DNA of 63,401 bases, filler included, from Globobulimina sp. (GCA_003354225.1; 39 parts of 39 records of this genome joined end to end with filler, not necessarily neighbours in it); one strand, 5' to 3'; counted from the first letter of the whole stretch, positions 1-11,292 are shown. Program-made: numbers and translations. The notes: a model not told the origin generated them from the sequence alone.

Positions 1-204
1 AATTGAATTCGATATCACCAGCGGTATCCGGCGCGCGGTCAACCTGGTGAACGAGGAACCGCGGGGGTTCATTCTCAGTGGTATTGATGACCCATCGGTA
101 TTCCCCATCCTCAGTCGGCCGCCTGACGTGACAACGCCGGATTTTTATTATCGCCAGATGAACTTTTTTGGTGTTATGACGACGATTTGAATAATGTATA
201 TGTT

Positions 205-1029
205 ATGGGCTATAAATGTGTTTATTGTCTGACTGATGAAGAAGAAATATGTAAGGATTGTGGTGAATGGGTATGCGATGGTCATAAATGTATTTGTGAT
301 GAATTTAGACATAATTGCTGCTGTAATGTTTTTGGTCTTTGCAGCCAATGCAATGAGGAATTTTGTAGTGGATGTAATGGCGGTGCATTGTGTAGAAGCT
401 GTAATAATGCCTTTTGTGGATATTGTGTCGCTTATTTTACGTGTGATATTTGTTATTTTTCGATGTGTTTAGATTGTGCTGAGAATGGGGGAATGGATGA
501 AATGATATTTTGCGAGAATTGCTGTGAGTATTTCTGTGGTGATTGTATTGATAAAGGAAAGTTAGGAGCGGTGTTTTGTGATAAATGTGGTAATTTTGTA
601 TGTGATCGCAGTAATAAGTGGAGGAATTGTAAGGTAATTGGAAATTGTAGCAAATGCGATAAAGCTGATGTTTGTTGTATTTGTGAGGATGATGGAGTAG
701 TTTGTGAGAAATGTCGTCAAATATTTTGTTCGCTATGCAATAAAAACAAACCAGGAGAAATATGTGAGAAATGTGCGAAATTTACATGTGTTGATTGTGA
801 TGGATCGTTATTTAAAGGTTGTTGTAGTTATTGTACACGGCCATATTGGTCGGGTTTAAGTGTTGGTGAATTGGTAAAATTGTTAAAAGAATGGAATGGT
901 GAAAATTGTGAAATTATTGAAAGATTAATCCGAGAGAAATTGATACAAAAATATGATGGATTATCGCATAGATTTCTTGAAAATGACAAAAAATTGAAAG
1001 AAGCAATGAATATTATTCAATCAGGTTAA
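205..1029 (+). CDS. Cysteine-rich CxxC-repeat hypothetical protein (intronless; possibly giant-virus or protist origin)
   Basis: Long open frame with more than 20 CxxC pairs. First ATG is at 205 (the track starts at TTG 187). Confidence 0.6.
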   Translation: MGYKCVYCLTDEEEICKDCGEWVCDGHKCICDEFRHNCCCNVFGLCSQCNEEFCSGCNGGALCRSCNNAFCGYCVAYFTCDICYFSMCLDCAENGGMDEMIFCENCCEYFCGDCIDKGKLGAVFCDKCGNFVCDRSNKWRNCKVIGNCSKCDKADVCCICEDDGVVCEKCRQIFCSLCNKNKPGEICEKCAKFTCVDCDGSLFKGCCSYCTRPYWSGLSVGELVKLLKEWNGENCEIIERLIREKLIQKYDGLSHRFLENDKKLKEAMNIIQSG

Positions 1030-1530
1030 AATGAAATGATTTATCTTAATTATTACAATTTAAATAAACTTTTTTCTCCAATAAATTAAAGGTGTTGTAT
1101 GGAATTAACAATATGAATTTGGCTGCTATTTTTTGAGAAAGATAACAGCCATTCAATTTTGAGGTTTTTGAGTTAGTACTTACTTCCAGTTTTTTATTCC
1201 CAAGGGTTTGGGTTTCAGGGTCTTGTACCGGCCCACTAGGTTACAATTAATTACTTGGATATTTTGGATTTTTTAAAGATATACATTTTCTGATTCGATG
1301 TGGTCAATATAAAGTATTTGTGTGTTAGATTGATTCTTGATTCTTGATTTTGATTTTGATTTTTGATTTCGAAAACTTTGATTCTTGATTTACTAAGAGT
1401 TGATTTTTTATTCTTGTCTACGAAAGTTGATTCTGTCGAGGAAAGTTGATTCTCCACGGAATTTAAATAACTTTAAGCTTTGGTTATTGTCATTTGATTT
1501 TAATCTTTGACCCATTTCCAATATCGTATC

Positions 1531-1630
1531 NNNNNNNNNNNNNNNNNNNNNNNNNNNNNNNNNNNNNNNNNNNNTTAATTAATTAANNNNNNNNNNNNNN
1601 NNNNNNNNNNNNNNNNNNNNNNNNNNNNNN
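1531..1630. other. Artificial contig-joining spacer N44-TTAATTAATTAA-N44 (first of 38 copies, recurring about every 1,628 nt up to 61775-61874)
   Basis: Identical 100-nt spacer with stops in all six frames. Flanking contigs shrink from 1530 to about 1527 bp, as expected for a size-sorted concatenation. Confidence 0.99.
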
Positions 1631-2473
1631 CTGTTTCGCCAATCTTGGTGATTTTAGCAGGAAGAAGTAGGCAGTATTGGCCGAAATGATTCGACTGCTA
1701 GGCCATGGTCCAAAGATAAAGTGCAATAGCAGCACAATACTGCAGTTCTTGAGTCGGGCAATCGTAAACACTTGTGCCATATCTTTATTACTAGCTGCCG
1801 ATATGGAGTTGTCATCGATTATTATCAATGTTTGACCTCCGTTTGGATCGGCCATATCGTCCAAATCGGCTTCGGTGACGATAGATCCCTTGATGAAGTC
1901 ACATTTTATACCCTGAGCAGCCAGATTTTGTTGTAATTTGCCATATGAATCTTGCCAACCTAAAGTCAATTGCGTTTTTATACTGTTAAACCGGTACTGA
2001 ATTACTTACAGCTGTATATAAAATATACTCGAGTTGGTACTGGATTGTAGATTGTACTTGCATTTTCCAATGTTTTCATGAGCAAATGGGTTTTTCCCTG
2101 CAAAATAGATCATATTCAACATATTGGGATCAGTTATTACTAAACTTACACTCTGACTTGCTCCAGCATAGATAAAATTATGTGGCAATTGGAGCCTTTT
2201 ATCAAACTTGTCCGATTGTGGTATATCACTTGGTTGCACTATAGCATTGGAAATTGGCTGTTGAATGGTTTTGAAAGCATCTGGGGCGCCAATGTCAGTT
2301 TTTACTGGGTGATATCTGGCTATATGACGCTTCATGCTGTCCTTTCTTGTACTTACAAAGTCGCAGTTTTGACAAGGAATGAATGAATCTGGGTTGTGAC
2401 CCAATTCATGTCGATTGCAGTCAGACTGTCTAGCGAAAGGTGTATCGCAAAACCCACAAGTAACAGGAGACAT
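1631..2473 (-). CDS. C2H2 zinc-finger + Polinton/Maverick-type (A32-like) DNA packaging ATPase; introns 2098-2149 and 1960-2009; 3' truncated by contig end
   Basis: Splicing two GT..AG introns gives one frame: CGFC..H..H and CQNC..H..H fingers, Walker A AGASQS|GKT, YFIYSCWQDSY, Walker B LIIIDD, VFTIARLKNCSIVLLLHFIF, RIISANTAYFFLLKSPR. Confidence 0.85.
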
Positions 2474-2834
2474 GATGAGAACCAACCGCACACGACCAGT
2501 ACAATTGTATGAATGATGCTATTTTCAAGTTAATACTTATTATATCTAATGCAACATCATGGATTTGATGTGAAAAGGAACTTGTTTCTCCATCAGACAA
2601 CAGTTAAATTTGATTTTTTAATCAGTTTGAGTCATTACAAAGTCACAAACTATCGATCTCTTAACCCCCGAACGAGGTTGTCTATACCAAACTGCACATG
2701 CTCAAATGATTTAGCGTTATTTGTAGGACAGTCTATATGCTTCAGACTACCTTTGCGAGATTCTTGACACTATCTTACAGTTAAGGACTATCAGGTGACA
2801 CTGTTTTTATACCCATGACACCAAAATGATATGA

Positions 2835-2987
2835 AAACGACAGCCAAAAACTCACAAAATATGTAAACGATGGTCAAAAACTGACAAAATGTAAAAAATG
2901 ACAACCACAACTCACAAAATGTGTACAAACAATGACCAAAACTAACAAAATGTGTAAAAAACAACAACTAAAACATCATGAAATGTG
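2835..2987. repeat. Degenerate ~30-bp tandem repeat (core ACTCACAAAATGTGTAAA)
   Basis: About five imperfect copies, read directly. Confidence 0.6.
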
Positions 2988-3012
2988 GTAATTACAGGTG
3001 CAACATTATAAA

Positions 3013-3159
3013 TATGCGGCACTGCACCTCAATGTTACTGTTAGTGCCTCAGGTGTGTGGCACGTGCCACAGATCTGAGGCACTGAGCCGCATATATGCG
3101 GCACTGAGCCTCAGATGTGTGGCACGTGTCACACATCTGTGGCATATGCCACACATCTG
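3013..3159. repeat. Cluster of adjacent palindromes/hairpins
   Basis: 3043-3084 (21-bp arms, 2 mismatches); 3087-3102 (perfect 16 bp); 3112-3139 (14-bp arms, 1 mismatch); 3138-3153 (perfect 16 bp). Confidence 0.85.
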
Positions 3160-3259
3160 NNNNNNNNNNNNNNNNNNNNNNNNNNNNNNNNNNNNNNNNN
3201 NNNTTAATTAATTAANNNNNNNNNNNNNNNNNNNNNNNNNNNNNNNNNNNNNNNNNNNN

Positions 3260-3496
3260 CAATGCGTAGCTCACCAAACAAGCTGCAATGCAGTATCCAT
3301 ATCAACAGACAACAAACTATGTCTTTCATCATCGCTCAATGGTCAAATCGTTGTAAACCAGTGTAGCACCGGTCAATTATTAAGTACTTTACGTCAAACA
3401 CACGGAAACGTTACAATCGAATGGAATCCAACACAAGCAATGCTTGCCAGTGCCACACACAAAGGAGTTGTCAACTTCTGGCAGTGTACTATTTAA
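3260..3496 (+). CDS. WD40-repeat protein, C-terminal fragment (not in ORF track)
   Basis: Open from the contig edge: AHQTSCNAVSISTDNKLCLSSSLNGQIVV...IEWNPTQAMLASATHKGVVNFW, then TAA. Confidence 0.75.
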   Translation, partial: QCVAHQTSCNAVSISTDNKLCLSSSLNGQIVVNQCSTGQLLSTLRQTHGNVTIEWNPTQAMLASATHKGVVNFWQCTI

Positions 3497-4788
3497 TATA
3501 TAAAAGTTGCAAACCTGATGAAACATCATCGAGTTCGACTGCTAGCAATAACCTTGCGTCCATCTTCCATATATTGACTAAAATGTGGTGGTATTCATCG
3601 CGGAAGCCACTAAACGAAGAGCCAGATGAATGTGGGGAATGACTGTGACTGTGATGTTGTGGTTGGGGGCTATTAATATTGCCCGATTGGTGCATCCCAA
3701 TTGGTGGCGGTAATATGGATCTATTACTCACCAGAGATAGTTTAATAATTTGTATGTCTAAATCTGCGCATTCCGGAGTCGATATGGACACTTTCACCGC
3801 ACCAAATTTAATATGTGTCTGTATCTTTGTTATCCATCGTTGCTGCGCAGTCATTTTGCAATATGGATTATTACTATTTGTCACATTATAATATGTATAG
3901 TAATTGTTAGTGTTATCCCCATTCATTTTATCAGTATTAGTACTCGCGTTGCCTGGTTTGGAGTATCGCAACGCACGGAACACGGCAGAACCTTTATACG
4001 TTGACCCTGTGTTACTGGACGATGGGTTGGAATATGAGGGCGGTATTAAATAGGATTCCGAGCCAAATCTATACATATTATTGTTATATTGCTGCTGATA
4101 GTTATTATTCATATTTTGTTTGGACAAATCAGTAAAAGCTCTGTTGAACGAAAACAATGCATCCAATGAAGCTGGCTTTGCTTGAGACGTCACGTTCTTT
4201 ATAGAAGTGGATATTGTCACTGTATAAGTGCCATGGTCCTGTGTTGAATCCTGTGGTGGACACGATTTTATTTTCAAAAAGCCATGAAACTGAGAAGCAA
4301 TGACTTCAAATGATTTTTCGTGATCTTGAATCACTTCGAATGAAGTCTTGGATATGTTCCATTTAATGGATTCTTTGTACTTCAAATGAGCTGTTTGTAT
4401 AAAATGAATATTATATTTTCTGGTTTGACAGATACGGATAGCAAATAACTGGTATTTTGTTTTGGGAAAAATATTTCCTGCAACTCCTTGGTCAATTCAA
4501 TAAAACATTGTCGAATGATCGGATGTGCGATTTTTTTAGTTTTGCCAAATTCATCCACTTTGCGCGAATAAAACTGTTCCTTTTGTGCTGCAAACAAGTA
4601 TCTCTTACCACGGATATGCTGCGCGTCCATTTTTGCATTTTGATTGGAATATCGATGATGAAAAGTAGTGTTATTCATAGTATGATGGCTATGCAGATAT
4701 TGCGGCTCCACATATTGTTGCGCCACATTCAACAATCCATCATTCAATTTCCGCTCCACTCTCGCCGCTAAATTGCCAATTAAATTGC
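3489..4788 (-). CDS. Spliced hypothetical protein, C-terminal part; weak resemblance to KA1-type kinase tail
   Basis: Two ORFs separated by a likely intron at 4391-4435 (GTATCT..AAACAG). N/Q-rich linker. Exon phase not fully resolved. Confidence 0.4.
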
Positions 4789-4888
4789 NNNNNNNNNNNN
4801 NNNNNNNNNNNNNNNNNNNNNNNNNNNNNNNNTTAATTAATTAANNNNNNNNNNNNNNNNNNNNNNNNNNNNNNNNNNNNNNNNNNNN

Positions 4889-6143
4889 AGATGCTACATT
4901 TGTACTGCCACCTCCATCCAATATATTGGCAACAATAACATCCACCACGTCACCATTGATGCTAAACCCATCACCATTCGCATTTTGTAAGTCATCACAA
5001 ATAAATTCTTCGCCATACACATTATCCTCACAACTATTAAATAACATAATTTTTTGCTTCCTTCCAATGTCTCCATTATGAAACTCTCTCATCACATCAG
5101 CTAAACCTTGGGCTAAATTAGTACCATTTATACCATTTGGACGCGCAGCACAGTCAAAATCCTTTATCTGTTGGATCATTTCGTCCCTACTTTCTATTCC
5201 ATATTGCCGTAGAACTATTCTTGTCTCTGCTCCATTTGCATCATATGCGGCATAGCCAATGGCAATGTTATCATCATCAAATTCTATACGAGCTACAAGC
5301 TCACTGATACCACGTTGCCGTTTTCTGCATTCAGTCTCATTTAAACCACATGAATTATCCACCAAGAATACTAAATCAATATCATTTAAAACACACCCTG
5401 GTTCTGTGCATTTTGAATTTGCTATATCCGCACATCTCGCATCCCAACTTTCGTAACAACAAAATATCTCTTGACTACAGACGAATTCTTCGCAGGTAGG
5501 GTCTATGGCACATCCTGCAATGCCCGATGCAGTATTATCTAAACAGCTGCAACATATTTTATATGGATTGGTTGGGTTTGGTGTTGGCATTGCAGTGGGC
5601 TCAGAAGCAGAGGTGGTTGATGATGTAGTCGCAGTTGGATTGGTTGTTGGTGTTTGTGTGGATATCTCCGTTGGATCGAATGTTGGATTTGTTGTTGGTG
5701 TTTGTGTTGGATCGGATGTTGGATTTGCTGTTGGTGTTTGAGTGGGATCAGCAGTGCTTGTTGGTGTTTGTGTTGACATCTCTGTTGGATCGGATGTTGG
5801 CCCTCCAGTGCTTATTGCAGATGGCTCATTTGTAGTAGTTGCTGATACTGATACATAGCGTTGATTTTGTTTTTGTATTTTGTGCTCAGAAACGCAAATT
5901 GAAATGAAATACGTTTTTAACTTGTTGGGTTTTGACACCAAATAAAAACAACTGGAAACGAGTTTGCAAGCATCCTGAGCACCTATGTACATAATATAAT
6001 TTGTGGTTGCTTTAAATATAATAAAATGAACAAAATTATGGATCAGATTAACATTGAGTGCAGCTTGTATCACAATCTTGAGCCCATGATACGGAATATA
6101 TGGTTAAGATGAAAACAATGATTGACATGGTGATAACATTCAT
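4889..6143 (-). CDS. Secreted protein: signal peptide, PT-repeat stalk, Cys-rich module, von Willebrand factor A domain (spliced, 3' truncated)
   Basis: ATG 6143 MNVITMSIIVFILTIYSVSWAQ, then a GT-AG intron. PTxxPT repeats. VWA motifs DLVFLVDNSCG and GTNLAQGL. Confidence 0.8.
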
Positions 6144-6517
6144 ACTTTATTTAAAAATGAAGACCTTTGTTCATTAGACTATGGCTATTAAAATAACGAC
6201 TGAAAACTTCAACAAGAACACTGATCGGATTTATGTTTGTATGTACTGTATCCGGAGCACAATCAAATTATTTAAATGTACAAATATGAATTGAAAACAA
6301 TGCATACAATAAGTGTTATTACTGTGTTAATACGACAAGTCACATTATAAAATTTCGCAATCAACAGGTTCAATTTTAAATAATTGTTTTAATGCAATTT
6401 TGTCATAAGCATCTCCGNNNNNNNNNNNNNNNNNNNNNNNNNNNNNNNNNNNNNNNNNNNNTTAATTAATTAANNNNNNNNNNNNNNNNNNNNNNNNNNN
6501 NNNNNNNNNNNNNNNNN

Positions 6518-6691
6518 AATGAGAATAATACATGAAAATGAATGAAAATGACAATAATCCATGAAAATGACAATAATCCATGAAAATGACAATAATCCAT
6601 GAAAATGACAATAATCCATGAAAAATTAGAATAATCCATGAAAATGACAATAATCATGAAAATGACAATAATCCGTCAAAATGAGAATAAC
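6518..6691. repeat. 19-bp tandem minisatellite ATGAAAATGACAATAATCC
   Basis: Copies start at 6542, 6561, 6580 and 6599, with degenerate copies on both sides. Confidence 0.95.
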
Positions 6692-6986
6692 CGATCCCCC
6701 GTTTGGACCCATCCCGTCGACCAGGATGCGATTTCCCGTTTGGACCAACAACATATGAAAATTTTCGAAATTAAAAAATGACAATAACTAATTTTCGAAA
6801 ATAACAACAATCCATATGACGTAAACTTTGTTATTATTATTTATTATTCGAGATAAATATTCTGACTTCGTACTTTCTGTTTCAAAATCATAATTCATGA
6901 TATTGAAAAATTCTTTCTAAACCCAACGTGAACTTCGCATTCTTGTTCCTCTTGGGGATAAATTCTTTCAATTACCAGGTAAAGCA

Positions 6987-8046
6987 TTGTTGTTTCTTCG
7001 TGGATTGGACATCTTGGCGAGGATAAGGACGAAAACAAACAACTTATTACAATTGGCATTGGATGCGGATTCAAATAATAAACAATGTCATATAGTGTCC
7101 TCAAATATGGCTGACGATGTATTTTGTCGTTGTGATGAATATTTGGATCCGATGAATATTAAAATATGCGGTGGAATGTTGAGTTTGTCGTTACGATTGG
7201 GATTATCACCAAAAAAGTTAATGCAATATCTATCTGACCAAACCAAAATACCTTTAGCATTTAATATGTCATTGGTGGCGACAAAAAATAAAAATATTAA
7301 TAACGATATGATGGACGAGGATGAGGACGAAGAAGACATATTATACGATGGAATGTTATCCGATGATGAGCAATTTCAAAACGGCTCCAAAGGTTTAGTG
7401 TTTTATGAACGATTTGCACATGTTTTAGATTCATATTTTTTAAGAAATTTCACTGAATTTTCAAAGATCATTTTATTACGAATTGGTAATAAAAATATTG
7501 AAGAATCTGAAAAAAGACAGTTAATGTTAATATTAACCACTGTTTTAAAACATATCATCGATGATTCGTCAGCTGAAGAAACACAAACATTTTTATCAAA
7601 TTTGATTGAGCAATTCTCCAATAATAACATTTTAGATGGTAAAAATGAAGAGAATGTGCGATTACATTTAGCGATTATTAGTCAATATTTGCTGAAATGC
7701 GACAGTAAAAATGTATTTGGAAATAATAATAATAATAATAAGGTTGCAAGTTATATAGAAGCAATATATAGCAATGCATTGCAAAATGATTCGAATCAAA
7801 GCAGTGCTCAGTTACAGGCAATTAAGATGTTGCCTTTATTTATTACTGACAGAGATAATTTATATTCATGGTTTTTACAATCAATTCATACGATGATTGT
7901 TAATTCCTTCCCAAGTTCGTCAGAGGAAGCATTCAATAGAGGTCCATCAGCATGGAAAGATTATGTACAAAAACTACAATCTATATTAGATACCATTGTT
8001 ATATCACAGTCATTTGGTTTATTAAAAGTATCTATTCCATTATTTC
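6987..8046 (+). CDS. PRKDC: DNA-dependent protein kinase catalytic subunit, internal HEAT-region fragment
   Basis: GLVFYERFAHVLDSYFLRN and QAIKMLPLF..IVNSFPSSSEE..WKDYVQKLQSILDTIVISQSFGLL are collinear with recalled DNA-PKcs segments ([63 protein letters not shown]). Confidence 0.75.
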
Positions 8047-8558
8047 NNNNNNNNNNNNNNNNNNNNNNNNNNNNNNNNNNNNNNNNNNNNTTAATTAATT
8101 AANNNNNNNNNNNNNNNNNNNNNNNNNNNNNNNNNNNNNNNNNNNNGAGGGTGAGGCTGTAGTAATTTATAGATTGCACAATTAAATAACTTTACCTGAG
8201 TTAGGTGATGTTGGTGAAGATATATTGTTATATTTATTTGTAAGCAAAACAAGATATAATTAAGTTAGGGTCAGGGAGATTTATGGTACCAATCGATATG
8301 GGAAATATTTTGTTGACATTAATGGTGTGGATACTATAAAACAAGATTCGTTTAAATTGTGGGCGATCCGGATTATCAAATAAAAGAAAGTTTGCCAAAT
8401 AGAAAGATGGCAAAATTGTTTTTTAAAGTCTCCTCGAACATCGAACAACAAACAAATCCGAAGATTCCGATCACCAATTAAAATATTAGCAATTTAGAGA
8501 ATTGTTTACTGTCAGCTCAAGTCATCATTTTCGTATATACAAATACTAGAACTACAGT

Positions 8559-8929
8559 ATAATCCCTCGTTTCGTGGCCTTTTGTATATACCATAATTTC
8601 AAATAACATACAAAGATATCATGCAAAATATGGAATATTGTACTACGAGAGAGACAGATATATGTGATAACTATAACTTATATTATTATGACGTTATCAT
8701 ATAACTAAAAACATATAAGTAGTGCTTTCTTATATCATTGATTAATTTATGGGTATAATAGTTGCGTATCTAAACTTTGCATATGTTGATCGCAAACTGA
8801 AAGCCGTGTCTATATTTTACTAATCAGTGATGTACCAGTTTACTAAAACTTAGTGGAAATGATGGCTGTCATCTTTGTATGTTATTTGAAATTATGGTAT
8901 ACACAAAAGGCCACAAAACGAGGCATTAT
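8559..8929. mobile_element. MITE-like non-autonomous DNA transposon with ~59-bp terminal inverted repeats
   Basis: 8559-8617 is the reverse complement of 8871-8929 with 3 mismatches. Interior is non-coding and AT-rich. TA at 8560-8561 and 8927-8928 could be a target-site duplication. Confidence 0.8.
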
Positions 8930-9005
8930 TTATGGAAACACACATATAAAAACTCTTTTGACATTACGTATTATTATACAGACTACAGTACATGCAGTGT
9001 AGTCG

Positions 9006-9675
9006 TTATTTACTTTGTTTAGATTTGGATCCGGAACTAATATATGAATTATCAGTGTGACTGAACCATTTTGGTTGCTGGTTTTCTCCAGCTGGTGTAT
9101 CCGATGAATGATCATTTATCTGCACTTTTAACTTGAAATTGGTCACCTTACGAGCATGTAATGCTATATTGATACTTCCATTATTTTGTCTTGGTGTGTT
9201 ACTGTATGTAGCTGTTCTTTGTGTATTACTCTCTGCAGCTGGCAACATTGCATCATTCATAGATTCGCCTCTATGCACAGACGATGTGCTATCCACTGTT
9301 TCTGGCTCATTGTCTGTAATAACAAGACAACATAATAGGTTTTGAACCTGTTTGTTTTGCATGGTCCATACTATGGCATTACTGAGCCCATAAATTGAGA
9401 TCGAAATATGATGAATTATCTTTAACCAAAATGGGGATTTATAATCAGTTATAATCGGCATAGTTCTTGCAAACAATGCTGGCATCCATGTCACAACAAA
9501 TATAAATAAATAGATAATTTTTTTATTATTTTCTTGTTTGTAAACATAGATTTGTATATAATTTAAGAGCATAACAAATATTGACAATACCATTGCTACC
9601 GTTATCAATATATATAAGTACAACATATACTCTTTGTGATCATATGATATCCAACATTCTATTTTATATTTCGTT
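9006..9675 (-). CDS. GPCR of the cAMP-receptor/GCR1-like family, TM5-TM7 and tail (5' truncated)
   Basis: Frame open from the contig edge: ECWISY, a hydrophobic TM, YLFIFVVTWMPALFAR, YGLSNAIVW. Confidence 0.75.
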
Positions 9676-9775
9676 NNNNNNNNNNNNNNNNNNNNNNNNN
9701 NNNNNNNNNNNNNNNNNNNTTAATTAATTAANNNNNNNNNNNNNNNNNNNNNNNNNNNNNNNNNNNNNNNNNNNN

Positions 9776-11292
9776 TTCATCAAATTCTGTATCAACATCG
9801 AAGATTTAACGCTTAACGTTGTGAATCCGATACGTTGTAAATGAGTGCATGTATCACAACATTGTAGAACATATTGCAACATTGATTCATCAAATTCGTA
9901 TCCAGTGTATGATGTAATATTCTTCAATGATGGAAATATAGTCGTTAATATATCAAAGTTTGGTAAACCACTATCAAATGCAAAAAACATTGAAAACAAT
10001 TTTAATGATCTCGAGAAATATATAATTTCTTTCAAAGTTTGACAGTAATTATGTAATAATGTTTCAATGTATGGAGGAATTGAATTTAATTTAGGATATT
10101 CTGTGGGATTATAACGATTCATTTCATGGGACAACAATCTAAATGCCATTTGATTTGCTAATCTGCTGTGCTTGTCTTTTTTTCTCAAAATGGTATTCAA
10201 CTGTTCAAATCTAAGAGAAGTAGCAAGAGATAGCATTCCATTCATATAAAATTCATAATTCACAGCGCCTCCGATTTCCAAAATATTTTGCACTTTAAAG
10301 ATACCGCGACCACCAATAAAAAACTTTTCCTGTTCATGTGGATACGCACTCAGCCAATGAGCATCAAAAAATGCGTGAAATTGTGAGTACCATTCTCGTG
10401 TTATATCCAAAGATAACACAATCCCTTCTGGGCCAGCAAAACGCAGTGCGACTGGAAATTCAGTCGTTGTACTAAATGGTCCATAAACGCATGGCAATAT
10501 TGTGGAGAGCATCATTTTCGTAGATATTCCATGATAAAACAATGCTCCCTTATGATAATACGTAGACCAATACGACAATTTCCAGTTTGCATCATACGAA
10601 CCAAAACATTCTAGCTCTCGCAAAAATTTACCGACATGAGCAAAATTGCTATGTCTTTGTTTTATTTCATTATCCACTGCAATTGCTTCCTTTGCTTGTT
10701 CAATGCTAATATTCCAGTCTCTATGGTATGCATTTGACTGTTTTCTGTACGTTGAGCTGAATATACGTTGAAACTCATCAAAGTTACAATAAACAATCAT
10801 TGCGACCAAATGATTCAACTTAATTGTATCACCAAATGTATATCCATAAATTTTGGCAAATCTTTTAAAAATGGTATTGGTTCCCCAAGGACCAAAAGTG
10901 TTAAAAGTGGAGAATGTACCAAATAATTGCTGTTTACCATAATCTGTATTCAAGAGTGCATGTCCTTTTTCGAGAAGATAATTCCATGCATAAACATTGA
11001 TTTTACATAATGCGTTATTTAATAATTCATCTTTTAAATTTCGGAACTTTGGATGTATATACCAGTGACATACTAAATATCCTAAATTTGCCGGTCCTTC
11101 TTGTTCATAATGCACTTGAGTTGGGTCCGTATGATCAGTGTTATTCTTAAAATAATCCCAATAAAAATAGCGAATTCCTAAGTCGTATATCTCGCCATTA
11201 AATCTAGTATGTGTCATATATCTGTTGCTTTGTAATCTAGATCTGACACTTGTGGGTACAAATTGTTTCTGATTCGACATTTGTTGATACAA
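9776..11292 (-). CDS. Hypothetical protein with ADP-ribosyltransferase (ARTC-like) motifs
   Basis: AMIVYC, FYHG, PFSTT, VALRFA, GIVLSL and WLSAYPHEQEKFF occur in ARTC order. Confidence 0.6.

Noticed and set aside
6462-6657. Repetitive hydrophobic ORFs
   Set aside because: Translations of the 19-bp minisatellite.
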